DNA from: a virus
Length of the DNA: 64,000 nt
Direction: 5' to 3' (one strand)
Virus record (IMG/VR): IMGVR_UViG_3300030004_000009
Span: 112,704-176,703 of that record
Numbering within the stretch: the stretch's first letter is position 1; each line of letters starts with the position of its first letter. Of this stretch, positions 35,812 through 45,017 are shown piece by piece. The position numbers and the translations under genes are program-made. Below the pieces are notes generated by a model. The model was not told the DNA's origin and did not search any database. It worked only from the letters and a program-made list of their open reading frames with translations.

Positions 35812-36246
35812 TTACACTTTCTCTTTTCTTTTAGCTGGTTGTTTAACTTCATTTGGATCTATTTCAACATATACCCATTTGTCCTCACCCTCTTTTGCAT
35901 CATGTTTCCATGTTGCTTTATGAGTTCTTTTCCATTCTTCATACTGTTCAAATGTCATATCTACAGCTCGATTAGTTGTAGGTTCACTGTGTATCATTGT
36001 AGTATAGCCGTTATAGTTCTTTATAACAATTATAAATAATGGGACATCAAGTTCGATAACAGAGTAAAGTTTATCTGAATGTTTATAGAAAGGTTCAGTT
36101 CTAACATTTGCAGCTGATGCTTTATTTAAAGCACCTTGAATTACATGATTTGCACCAACTGTAACATTTAATGATAATACCTGAGGCATATCTATTACAT
36201 TAAAAGAGAAAGCATGTACTGGATCAATAACTAGTAATATCTTCAT
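35812..36246 (-). CDS. Early hypothetical protein downstream of the hammerhead ribozyme
   Basis: MKILLVIDPV...; start revised to ATG 36246 (144 aa). Confidence 0.65.
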   Translation of the reverse strand: MKILLVIDPVHAFSFNVIDMPQVLSLNVTVGANHVIQGALNKASAANVRTEPFYKHSDKLYSVIELDVPLFIIVIKNYNGYTTMIHSEPTTNRAVDMTFEQYEEWKRTHKATWKHDAKEGEDKWVYVEIDPNEVKQPAKRKEKV

Positions 36247-36260
36247 GATGTTGATTATTT

Positions 36261-36315
36261 GGTTAAGACACAAACTGTGTTTCGGCTATTCTTTTTTAAG
36301 CCTCATCAGTTAACC
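36261..36315 (-). ncRNA. Type I hammerhead ribozyme
   Basis: GGTTAA-CTGATGA-GGCT(11 nt)AGCC-GAAA-CAC(5 nt)GTG-TC/TTAACC; full catalytic core, three stems, GUC cleavage triplet. Confidence 0.9.
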
Positions 36316-36557
36316 TTACTTCTTAATTAAAACTATGCTTACACATTACAAGGTAAGACTGATATCTTACTTTATAAGTGACTGTTCCTTGACTTCTATG
36401 CTTACACATAGAGTTACTCCCTCCTTGACTTATACAATATCATTGCACACCGTTTACGCGCGTAGTTCCTTAATGGAAATGCTACGTGATACTAAAATTG
36501 CTACACTATCAATATGTAATGATACACGAAGCGATCTTTAGATCCACGCGTTGTATG

Positions 36558-36620
36558 CCTTGTATATCGAAGAGCGATAGACCTTACATATCGAAGAGTG
36601 ATAGACCTTGCATATCGAAG
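36558..36620. repeat. Imperfect 24-bp tandem repeat x2.6 (CCTTRYATATCGAAGAGYGATAGA)
   Basis: Copies start at 36558, 36582 and 36606. Confidence 0.85.
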
Positions 36621-36678
36621 CGTAATGAAGAGCGAAGTTAAAATCGAATGCGAAGCATGAGTACTGTTATACCAAACT

Positions 36679-36708
36679 AAACTATGAGCCCTTTCGGACC
36701 CATAGTTT
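36679..36708 (-). terminator. Strong hairpin after the first minus-strand gene
   Basis: AAACTATGGGTCC-GAAA-GGGCTCATAGTTT. Confidence 0.6.
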
Positions 36709-36720
36709 AATCAACGCTTA

Positions 36721-37308
36721 CTACTTAGGCATAATGTTAAAGGTATAACAATTTGCCTTGTTTTCACTTTGTACAGAACCATCAGGATTCTTCCTGATGA
36801 CGTTGTTTTGAGCATTATCATCTCTGAAAAATGCAGTGCAAACTAACCGTTTGCCTACCAGTGAGTCAATTAACTCACTTGGTTTAATTTCGGGATAAGG
36901 GATAACCCTAGTAACTTCACCGGCAGCATCCAGGAAGGAAAACACTGTTTTAGATTTGCCTTGTGCAAGCAAACCCAATGTAATCTTCTTGCCGTCTTTA
37001 AAGACGATCATCCTTGCATGCGGATTGTCTCCGATATCCGCAATGGTGTATTTCGTATCTTCAGAGCCGTCTTCTTTCTTACCTTTAATGGTAACAGTCT
37101 GCGGTTGAGTAAGTTTACGAACGTTTGGCGCGGTAGTTGTATCGATTTCTTCCCAACCGATGGACACTATCTCACCTGAATAGCCCTGAAACATAGCACC
37201 GGAAATACCGGAGAACGACAAAATAGAAGTGTTTGGGTCAGCTTGTTTAAGCTCTAACTCGAACAAAGCCTTAAGCTCTGCTTTTGTGGGGTTTTTTTTC
37301 TCAATCAT
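36721..37308 (-). CDS. First early-arm gene, hypothetical, GC-richer than neighbours
   Basis: 195 aa ORF adjacent to the strand switch. Confidence 0.7.
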   Translation of the reverse strand: MIEKKNPTKAELKALFELELKQADPNTSILSFSGISGAMFQGYSGEIVSIGWEEIDTTTAPNVRKLTQPQTVTIKGKKEDGSEDTKYTIADIGDNPHARMIVFKDGKKITLGLLAQGKSKTVFSFLDAAGEVTRVIPYPEIKPSELIDSLVGKRLVCTAFFRDDNAQNNVIRKNPDGSVQSENKANCYTFNIMPK

Positions 37309-37581
37309 TGTAGTGATTTTTTAAGATTAATGAATAAATAAATGATTTGTACGGAAGATGGTGAGGGGGTAACAAACTGACCTCTTGAAATGACACCTCC
37401 TTACACATGATTTTTAAAAATTTTATAAAAAATAAAAAATAATATATATAAAAAATTTTATAGAAGGATGAGGCTTATATCAGAGTCATAGAATCAAAAA
37501 GACCTAAAACTAAATAATAGCTTTTTATTTTTTGAAATTTCATAAGTTTAGAATTTGTGACTTAATCTATTTAAAACTAAA

Positions 37582-37613
37582 TTTGCTATTTTCAATTATT
37601 TTTAGTATCTTTA
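37582..37613 (+). promoter_or_regulatory. Bacteroidota housekeeping-type promoter (variant)
   Basis: TTTG-N20-TATCTTTA ending 3 nt before ATG 37617. Confidence 0.55.
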
Positions 37614-37616
37614 CAT

Positions 37617-38099
37617 ATGATTTATTTTATACAAGCAGACAACTATGTTAAGGTTGGTTATACATCAAATTTAAAGAAAAGATTTCAAGATTATGTAACA
37701 GAGAACCCTAACAAGGTAATACTAATAGCTCAATGTAATGGTGCGTATGATATTGAAAATAAGATACATAAACAACTTAAAGACTTTCATCATCGTGCAG
37801 AATGGTTTCATCTAAATAAAGAATCAGAAACATTAATTAAAAAGATAGTAAAAGAAAATAAAGATAATATTGAACCTAAATATGTAAAAAAGAAAAGAGT
37901 AAAGCGATTGCATCTTAAAGTCCTAGAGATATTAAAAAGTCACTGTACCTTAACTAGAGAGTTACTTATAACATCAGATATAAAGAAAAAGATAGCAGAA
38001 GAGTTTAACGTACAACTAGCTACAATAAATAATCATATTAAGAAATTAGAAAAATTAGGAAAAATAAAGAAGTTGGAAACTACTTACTATATAAATTAA
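37617..38099 (+). CDS. T5orf172/MUG113 GIY-YIG-like nuclease with C-terminal HTH
   Basis: IYFIQ..VKVGYT..R..E..IH..F....AEWF motif. Confidence 0.85.
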   Translation: MIYFIQADNYVKVGYTSNLKKRFQDYVTENPNKVILIAQCNGAYDIENKIHKQLKDFHHRAEWFHLNKESETLIKKIVKENKDNIEPKYVKKKRVKRLHLKVLEILKSHCTLTRELLITSDIKKKIAEEFNVQLATINNHIKKLEKLGKIKKLETTYYIN

Positions 38100-38267
38100 A
38101 AGTTTGATTTTTCAAAAAGTGTCCTTAATATATAAGAAGGAAATAAGCCAAAAACGGCCAAATTTTATATAATTAAGGCATATCTCCAAGTTCAATAGAC
38201 GAACTTTTAGTCTATTGAACTAAAAAACAATCTTATGAACTATTTTATTATATTTTTATTATAATTA

Positions 38268-38299
38268 TTTGGAAATGTCAAAAAATTTTCTTATATTTG
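38268..38299 (+). promoter_or_regulatory. Bacteroidota -33/-7 promoter
   Basis: TTTG-N20-TATATTTG. Confidence 0.8.
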
Positions 38300-38319
38300 T
38301 ATTATAACAAAATAATACT

Positions 38320-38775
38320 ATGAGTAAGCATGAAGTAAAAAGTACAGTTAGAGAATACGTAGATCAAGATACAGGTGAGATATCTTTAATAGAAACACAG
38401 AAAACTCATATAATCAAAGTTGTAGAAGAAGAGTTTTTTATGATGCATGTGAAGTTATTAAAAAATTACTACGACTTAGATCATGTATCAGACTTTAGAT
38501 TAATTGTTAAGTTATGTGAATTAGCAGAATTTAATACAGGTAGTGTTAGTATAAGCACTGGTAAAAGACAAGAGATATGTAAAGAACTTAATATAAATAC
38601 TACTAACTTTTCAAAGTACATCAAAAGATTAAAAGATAAAAAATTAATAACAGGAGATAAAGGAGAATATCTAATCAATCCAGGAATATTTTGGAAAGGT
38701 GATAGAAGAGAAAGAAAAAAGTTACTAGATTCAGGAAGTTTATCAGTAGTATTTGAATTTAGGAAAGAGGAGTAA
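38320..38775 (+). CDS. RepL-like winged-HTH protein
   Basis: VDQDTGEI..ICKELNI..SKYIKRLKDKKLI..YLINPGIFWKG. Confidence 0.8.
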   Translation: MSKHEVKSTVREYVDQDTGEISLIETQKTHIIKVVEEEFFMMHVKLLKNYYDLDHVSDFRLIVKLCELAEFNTGSVSISTGKRQEICKELNINTTNFSKYIKRLKDKKLITGDKGEYLINPGIFWKGDRRERKKLLDSGSLSVVFEFRKEE

Positions 38776-38868
38776 AATGAAGTGTCCAAAGTTTATTAAA
38801 AGATTTATAACAAGATTAGAGTATACACACGAATGGCTACAGTGGCAGTTAATTAAATATTATTACGG

Positions 38869-39501
38869 ATGTTAAATTGGTTAACAGGAGGAATCCTAAC
38901 AAAAATAGGTATAGTAGCATTAGTATTAATGGCAGGTACTATATTTTATCTTCATACACAAAATGTGAAGTTACAGACTAAAGTAGATAACACAACACAA
39001 AATATCAAATCAATTAATTTTGGTACTAAGGTATTTAAAAATGATTCAGGACAATGGCAAGCTACTTCAATAGAACAGAATAAAACTATTGCACAACTTA
39101 AGCAAGATAAAGATTCAATTAACTTAGTTAACTTAAAATTAGCTAAACAGTTGAAATTAAAACCTAAAGAGATTACAGAAATAGGTCAAGTAGATACAAA
39201 ACTTATACATGATACATCAACTATATTTATACCTCATAAAGATACAACATATGATTTTTCAGTAAAACCATATGTAACAAACAAAGTAAAAATTAAAGGA
39301 GATTCAATCTCGAATGATTTGCAAGTTAGTAACGATCAATCTTTAGTATGGCATACTAAGAGAGAGACAATAGATCCTCCTAAAAGTTTTTTCTTACTTC
39401 GTTGGTTTCAGAAGAGACAAACTATCACTTATATTGATATTATAAATAGTAATAAACTTATAAGAACTACACAGCAGTCATTTCAAATAATCAATAAATA
39501 A
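38869..39501 (+). CDS. Membrane-anchored coiled-coil protein, possible Rz-like spanin
   Basis: N-terminal TM, coiled coil, conserved PPKSFFLLRWFQKR segment. Confidence 0.5.
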   Translation: MLNWLTGGILTKIGIVALVLMAGTIFYLHTQNVKLQTKVDNTTQNIKSINFGTKVFKNDSGQWQATSIEQNKTIAQLKQDKDSINLVNLKLAKQLKLKPKEITEIGQVDTKLIHDTSTIFIPHKDTTYDFSVKPYVTNKVKIKGDSISNDLQVSNDQSLVWHTKRETIDPPKSFFLLRWFQKRQTITYIDIINSNKLIRTTQQSFQIINK

Positions 39502-39503
39502 TC

Positions 39504-39539
39504 AATAGAGTTACCTCATCAGTAACTCTATTTTATTTT
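39504..39539 (+). terminator. Intrinsic terminator
   Basis: AATAGAGTTAC/GTAACTCTATT stem followed by a T-rich tract. Confidence 0.7.
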
Positions 39540-39547
39540 AAATTAAA

Positions 39548-39579
39548 TTTGGTAGTTTCAGTATTATTTAGTATCTTTG
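39548..39579 (+). promoter_or_regulatory. Bacteroidota -33/-7 promoter
   Basis: TTTG-N20-TATCTTTG. Confidence 0.8.
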
Positions 39580-39628
39580 TAAACTTTGTGTTGGAACGTA
39601 CTAGCACTATTTAAACCTTGACTACTTT

Positions 39629-40255
39629 ATGTTTACACAAATCATCAACTCTATCATTAATGGTACTATAACAAAGCTTATCACAACTTATCATAACTGG
39701 AGTCATCTTAAGTTTTACTTTGTTGTTAGTCTTATATTCTTACTTTTACTTGGTTTCTTATATAAGGATACAGTAGTAATGCTAGCTAGTGATTTAATTA
39801 GTAATCAGATACAATTTAGAGAGTGTAGAGATATTGAGGGTCTTAGTAAATATATGAATGAAACAGTAAAGAAAGATAAAATTATAAACTCATATACAGT
39901 ATATCTTTATCAACCGATCAATAGTTCAATCTATAAAAAGCTTGTAGTTAGTGATGACACTATTATAATGCATAGTCCTGTACTTCAAGGTATATATTTA
40001 AGAACACAACCAACAATTAATAAAGAGTTAGAACTTCATTCATATTACCTTGCTGATAGAGATGAGTTTATGAGTCATGAAGATACAAAGTATTGGTCTA
40101 TGAATGGAGCAGATACAAGATTAGGTTATGCATTAAAGATAGATTCAAAAGTAATAGGAGAAGTTTGGATTGATTTCAAAGTTAACCCCACACCACTTGA
40201 GTTAGAAAGAGTACTTAAAGAGGTCTCACCAGCGTTATATACATATATACTATAA
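39629..40255 (+). CDS. Single-TM protein with periplasmic domain, T4 T-type holin-like
   Basis: Amphipathic N-terminus, one TM, about 160 aa soluble domain. Confidence 0.4.
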   Translation: MFTQIINSIINGTITKLITTYHNWSHLKFYFVVSLIFLLLLGFLYKDTVVMLASDLISNQIQFRECRDIEGLSKYMNETVKKDKIINSYTVYLYQPINSSIYKKLVVSDDTIIMHSPVLQGIYLRTQPTINKELELHSYYLADRDEFMSHEDTKYWSMNGADTRLGYALKIDSKVIGEVWIDFKVNPTPLELERVLKEVSPALYTYIL

Positions 40256-40278
40256 AATTAAAAATGAAAGAATGATAA

Positions 40279-41220
40279 ATGGAAAATGAACAGTACGACA
40301 AAGTTAATGGTGACATTGCTTTCACCGAATCGACACACACTTATGTAAACACTAAACATTTAGATAGAAAATACATATCGGTAACTACACTTATTGGAGA
40401 GTATCATCAGAAATTTGACTCTGAATTTTGGGCAAGTTATAAGGCATGCGAAGCGTTAATGGGTTCTCAGTTTGAAAAATTAGGATTAAAGTTCGAACTC
40501 TTAGAGAAAAAGAAGTTTGATAGTGTCTATCTCGATACATTTGAAATTGATTATAATGAATTTGAAGAGAAAAAGCAAGAGATATTAGCATCATATGGTA
40601 TGGCAAATAAAGTTGCATGTGAACGTGGTAACATAATACATAATGCTAAAGAGAATCAGTTTTATGAGAAAGCAGTCCATAGGCTACAAGATTATAACTT
40701 CGATCTTCACACATTAAATGGAGACTTTGCTTGTCAAAGACATGACTTTACTCTTAATAGAGATAAGGCTATACTACCTGAATACTTAATGTATTACTCT
40801 ACTAAAGATGGAATACTTAATATTGCTGGTCAAGCTGATATAGTAATAAAAGACGGTAATGATATTTACATACTTGATCACAAATCTAATGCTAAAGGTA
40901 TTAAAAATAAAGCATACTTCGATGTGAAGAAAAAGAAGAAACAGATGATGTTCTATCCTATAAATAATATGGATGATCATATGTTAAATCACTACACACT
41001 TCAATTATCATTATATGCTTGGATACTTCAAAAGATAAGTCCAGATTTTCAAATTAAACTTCTACGCCTTCTTCATATAGATGGTAATCAAAAGGAAACA
41101 ATCTACGACCTTGATTATAAAAGGGAGGAAGTAGAAAGAATGCTTAAGCATTATAAAAAGACATTAAAGGTGCAACACTATCGTGAGACAGGAGAGTTGC
41201 AGAGAGGAGAAGAAGACTAA
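40279..41220 (+). CDS. PD-(D/E)XK nuclease
   Basis: SVTTLIG, RGNIIH, PE, IAGQADIV, ILDHKS, YTLQLSLYA motifs. Confidence 0.85.
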   Translation: MENEQYDKVNGDIAFTESTHTYVNTKHLDRKYISVTTLIGEYHQKFDSEFWASYKACEALMGSQFEKLGLKFELLEKKKFDSVYLDTFEIDYNEFEEKKQEILASYGMANKVACERGNIIHNAKENQFYEKAVHRLQDYNFDLHTLNGDFACQRHDFTLNRDKAILPEYLMYYSTKDGILNIAGQADIVIKDGNDIYILDHKSNAKGIKNKAYFDVKKKKKQMMFYPINNMDDHMLNHYTLQLSLYAWILQKISPDFQIKLLRLLHIDGNQKETIYDLDYKREEVERMLKHYKKTLKVQHYRETGELQRGEED

Positions 41221-41525
41221 TGCAATCAAGAGATGATAAATTAAGAGAGCAACAAGATTTAATTAATGAGTATAAATCATTAAAGAATCAACTCTATAGA
41301 ATAAAATTTAGAATCCTATATGAGAATCTTCAAGACTATAAAAGAGTAAGAGAAGTTATAGCAAGATTAAATGATTTAAAAATAGAATTGGAATTAGTAT
41401 TTAGTAAAGGAGATTTAGAAGCAGCTTATGATGAAGTATATTATCATGGTAATATGCATAGATGGGATTGGGAAATAGAGGAAGCAAAACTAATAGAAGA
41501 ACTTTCTTCACTAGAATTATATTAA
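41220..41525 (+). CDS. Hypothetical protein
   Basis: 101 aa, TAATG-coupled. Confidence 0.55.
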   Translation: MQSRDDKLREQQDLINEYKSLKNQLYRIKFRILYENLQDYKRVREVIARLNDLKIELELVFSKGDLEAAYDEVYYHGNMHRWDWEIEEAKLIEELSSLELY

Positions 41526-41800
41526 TGAAAGCTAGTCAAATAGTTAGAGCACATATTAAGGAAGCCTTAAATCAAGGACTTCCACTATCGGAAGCACGAA
41601 TGAAGATATGTAGAACTTGTCCATTATTTGATCAAGGAGTTTTTGGTCCTATATGCAATCCTAACTTATACCTTAATCCAATTACTAATGAAACTAGTTA
41701 CATAGTTAAACAAGGTTTTACTAAAGGATGTGGTTGCCGTTTAAATGCAAAGACAAGAATAGAAGATGCAGAATGTCCAATGAATCCACCAAAATGGTAA
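41525..41800 (+). CDS. Cys-rich zinc-binding protein
   Basis: RMKICRTCP..C..GCGCRLNAKTR..CP..KW; start 41525. Confidence 0.7.
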   Translation: MKASQIVRAHIKEALNQGLPLSEARMKICRTCPLFDQGVFGPICNPNLYLNPITNETSYIVKQGFTKGCGCRLNAKTRIEDAECPMNPPKW

Positions 41801-41806
41801 GAATTA

Positions 41807-42193
41807 ATGAAAATTAAAATAGAGAACGATAGAATAGAAGTATATACATTAATTACAGTGCTTCAAGATATAATGAATAATGTTTTATTAGTAGATGAAA
41901 TAGATTTAAATAACGTTACTTTAAAACGTAGTTTAGTACCATCAACACCTTCTATAGAAGATTTAAGTGAAGAGAATGATATTATCATAGATCAGGAAGA
42001 TCTTGATTATATTGAAGAACTAAGTGGGGTACAAGAGAGTATGCTACCTAAATATATAAAACCTTTTATATCTATAGAGGATATAAAAGAATCAGATATA
42101 AATTTAGAACCTAATGAAATACATCGTTATATAGACACTGATACTATGTCAGTAGGAGATAATGTAACACCAGTTATTAAACAAAAGAAATGA
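41807..42193 (+). CDS. Acidic hypothetical protein
   Basis: 128 aa ORF. Confidence 0.55.
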   Translation: MKIKIENDRIEVYTLITVLQDIMNNVLLVDEIDLNNVTLKRSLVPSTPSIEDLSEENDIIIDQEDLDYIEELSGVQESMLPKYIKPFISIEDIKESDINLEPNEIHRYIDTDTMSVGDNVTPVIKQKK

Positions 42194-42197
42194 TTAT

Positions 42198-42602
42198 ATG
42201 TTAAGAGACGAACCACTAAGAAGAATAGAAAGAGATAATTGGGAAAATCCAATACAAGAAAGAAATGAACAAGTAATGACTCAATTAGAAGAGTATCAGA
42301 TGCTAGTAGAAATATTAAAAATATATCATGAAGATATGTCTATAGAAGAGCAAGAAAAGTTCAAAGATGAATACATACAACTTGATTGGAATATGAGGTT
42401 ATTACATAAAGCTTTATATGATAATACAACTAAAGACTTTGAGGATGTTTTAGAAGACTACTTAGAAGATAAAGATAATGTAGTATCATTCTACACTAAA
42501 GAAGAACAAAAGCTAGCAGCTCAAACTGCTAAAGAATTATATAATACAGATATATTAGTATGTGAAATGGATGCACCTGAATTATGTTGTGATGAACTAT
42601 GA
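42198..42602 (+). CDS. Acidic hypothetical protein ending in CCDEL
   Basis: 134 aa ORF. Confidence 0.6.
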   Translation: MLRDEPLRRIERDNWENPIQERNEQVMTQLEEYQMLVEILKIYHEDMSIEEQEKFKDEYIQLDWNMRLLHKALYDNTTKDFEDVLEDYLEDKDNVVSFYTKEEQKLAAQTAKELYNTDILVCEMDAPELCCDEL

Positions 42603-43195
42603 TACATGATAGTGAAAAAACTGGAAGATTAAACTGGCTTACTATTAGGAAGCAACAACAAGAATCTACATTAAAGAAAATACAAGAAGAATTAGAGATA
42701 CTACATCCTAATGCTTCTACAATAATAGATCTAGAAAGATGGCGTGAATTACATAAGAATGATAAACTCCATAAAAGTCTTTTACTAGAAATTAATAATG
42801 AAATAGAAGCTTATTCTAAACTTCAAGATATATCTGAATTAGATATAGTAAATGAACTTATAGCTATTCAAGAACTACAGATTATAGATGATTGGGATGA
42901 CGATGGAAATGTTATTTATGAGGAACCTGAAACGGAATTAGAGAGAGCCAAACTCATAAGAGAAATTCCTGGACTTGATATATGTGTAATAGAAGAACCT
43001 CTTACATGTTGTGATGAACTACCAGTAATCGATCATACAGAAAAATATAATAAGTTTAATGGTAAATTATTAAGTGAACACGATATGCCACCAGAAGAAA
43101 CTACTGATGAAGATCCACTAGAAATGCCAAGATTTGAAATATGGGCAGATAAAGGCACAGGTTATAACTTAGATACTAATACATACATAGAGTAA
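42599..43195 (+). CDS. Acidic hypothetical protein with internal CCDEL
   Basis: 198 aa, ATGA-coupled. Confidence 0.6.
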   Translation: MIHDSEKTGRLNWLTIRKQQQESTLKKIQEELEILHPNASTIIDLERWRELHKNDKLHKSLLLEINNEIEAYSKLQDISELDIVNELIAIQELQIIDDWDDDGNVIYEEPETELERAKLIREIPGLDICVIEEPLTCCDELPVIDHTEKYNKFNGKLLSEHDMPPEETTDEDPLEMPRFEIWADKGTGYNLDTNTYIE

Positions 43196-43211
43196 TAAAA
43201 TAAATAAGACA

Positions 43212-43649
43212 ATGGAATTAAGAGTAACAAAAGACACATTTGCATTTAAGATAGTAGAAAATCCTTTTATGAAGGTGGTAACAGATTCAGGTATCTATCT
43301 TGGAGCTAGAGGATCATACTCAAGTCAAGAGACTGGTGTGATGGAACAACTTGCTCAAACAATACAGTTTGGTATTGTAACTATAGTAGGTCCTGATTGT
43401 AAAGTGGTATCAGTAGGTGACGGTGTATATTTTAATGTACATAGTATAGAACCTATACCTTTTTATGAACCAGTTTGGGTATTACACGAAGGTAATATAA
43501 GAGCATGGGTAAAAGATGATGGAACATTAGCAGGTCTAATTGCAGATAAAGAAGAAGAGCTTAAAGCAGAAGCATTTAAAACTTCTATAGCTTTAAATAG
43601 CAAACCAATAGCAGGAGAACCAGGTTCAGGTTTAACATTAGTACGATAA
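43212..43649 (+). CDS. GroES-like co-chaperonin
   Basis: TDSGIYL..GIVTIVGPDCKVVSVGDGVYF..LHEGNI. Confidence 0.75.
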   Translation: MELRVTKDTFAFKIVENPFMKVVTDSGIYLGARGSYSSQETGVMEQLAQTIQFGIVTIVGPDCKVVSVGDGVYFNVHSIEPIPFYEPVWVLHEGNIRAWVKDDGTLAGLIADKEEELKAEAFKTSIALNSKPIAGEPGSGLTLVR

Positions 43650-43653
43650 CAAT

Positions 43654-43971
43654 ATGATAGAAAATATAGAAAAAGTCTTCTTCATTCCAGGAGACTTAGT
43701 AACAATAAAACACGATCTCCCTAATAAACCAACAATGTTGGTTAAAGGTAAAGAGACAAAGACATTTAAAGATATAGAAGGAGCACACTTCATTGGTATT
43801 AAGTGCTTTTGGTTTACAACTGAAGGTTTATATCAGGAATCCATATACAATACTAAGGACCTGTCAAAGGTAGATTCTTCTAACGCTTATAAAACAGATT
43901 ATACTAACTTTTATTCTAGTTCAGAATTGAAATTATCTGGAACTGGTACAACAACGTTTAAAAATTATTAA
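43654..43971 (+). CDS. YodC/DUF2158-like small beta-barrel protein
   Basis: FIPGDLVTIK..PTMLV..CFWFT..G. Confidence 0.65.
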   Translation: MIENIEKVFFIPGDLVTIKHDLPNKPTMLVKGKETKTFKDIEGAHFIGIKCFWFTTEGLYQESIYNTKDLSKVDSSNAYKTDYTNFYSSSELKLSGTGTTTFKNY

Positions 43972-43995
43972 TATTACTACCAATCTTAACCTTAT

Positions 43996-44994
43996 ATGGA
44001 TAGTCAAACACAACAGCAATTTATAGCCTGGTTAGGCGATAAACTTCAAGCCAAAGATCAAGGAGATTTACAAAAGAAACTTCAAACATTAGGTGATGAT
44101 GGTATTCGTAAAGCGTATGATCAATTCACATCTGAAAAGTCTGATGCAGATGATAATCAAGAAGAAGCAGAAGATAATGGAGTTCAAAGTAATAAACTAG
44201 GTGGTCAACTTCACTATATAAAATGTCTTCAAGCTTTTGCTAAAGGTGGTCATATTGAAATGGAGAAGTGTGGCTGTGGAGGTAAAATGGCTAAAGGTGG
44301 TGAACTAGTTAATAGAGGTTCAGTTTCTATTAAGAAAGATAAAGGTTCTATTAAAGATTCTGATAACTCTAAAATTAAACCTAAAGGTCAAAAGATAAGT
44401 CATGGATACGATCCAGCAGAAATGTCTGATAAACCAACTAAAGGTAAAAAGAAAGAAATGAAAAAAGGCGGTTTAATGCAAGCTGATATTATAGGTAAAG
44501 ATAAAAAAGGTGGTCGTCTAAATGCTACAGAAGGCTTTAAGAAAGGTGGAAAAGCAGAAGAGATGAAAACTGGTGCTCGTATGGAATTTAAAAAAGGTGG
44601 TATGGCTAAGAAAGCAGAAGGTGGTACTTTAACTTCTACACTATTATCTCTTGCACGTGGTGGTAGAGTTGAAGAAGGCGGTCTTACTCAATCGTATCCT
44701 CATGGTATTAAAGATCCTAATGCAACTCCTCCTAAACTTAAAGGTAAACGTAAGGATATTGATAAAAAAGAAGCTAATCCAGGAAAGAAACAATATCTTG
44801 ATAAAGGTGATACTAAACAATATCGTACAGCAGTAACTAAAGTACCAACTGGTGCTACAGGAACTAAACTTCAAGGTGGTGGTTCAATGGCAGGTACTAT
44901 GGGTGGAATGATAGGTGGAGCAGGAGTTAAAAATCCTAACTCTGGTTCTAAGTTAGTAAAAAAAAAGATGAAGGTGGGAATGATGGGCGCTTAA
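43996..44994 (+). CDS. Basic low-complexity protein with repeated xxGG motifs
   Basis: Many KLGG/AKGG/KKGG/AEGG/ARGG repeats. Confidence 0.7.
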   Translation: MDSQTQQQFIAWLGDKLQAKDQGDLQKKLQTLGDDGIRKAYDQFTSEKSDADDNQEEAEDNGVQSNKLGGQLHYIKCLQAFAKGGHIEMEKCGCGGKMAKGGELVNRGSVSIKKDKGSIKDSDNSKIKPKGQKISHGYDPAEMSDKPTKGKKKEMKKGGLMQADIIGKDKKGGRLNATEGFKKGGKAEEMKTGARMEFKKGGMAKKAEGGTLTSTLLSLARGGRVEEGGLTQSYPHGIKDPNATPPKLKGKRKDIDKKEANPGKKQYLDKGDTKQYRTAVTKVPTGATGTKLQGGGSMAGTMGGMIGGAGVKNPNSGSKLVKKKMKVGMMGA

Positions 44995-45017
44995 CCCAAG
45001 GACAAGGTAATTTACGA

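Noticed and set aside
39504-39532. Hammerhead core CUGAUGA on the minus strand
   Set aside because: It is the loop of a simple terminator hairpin
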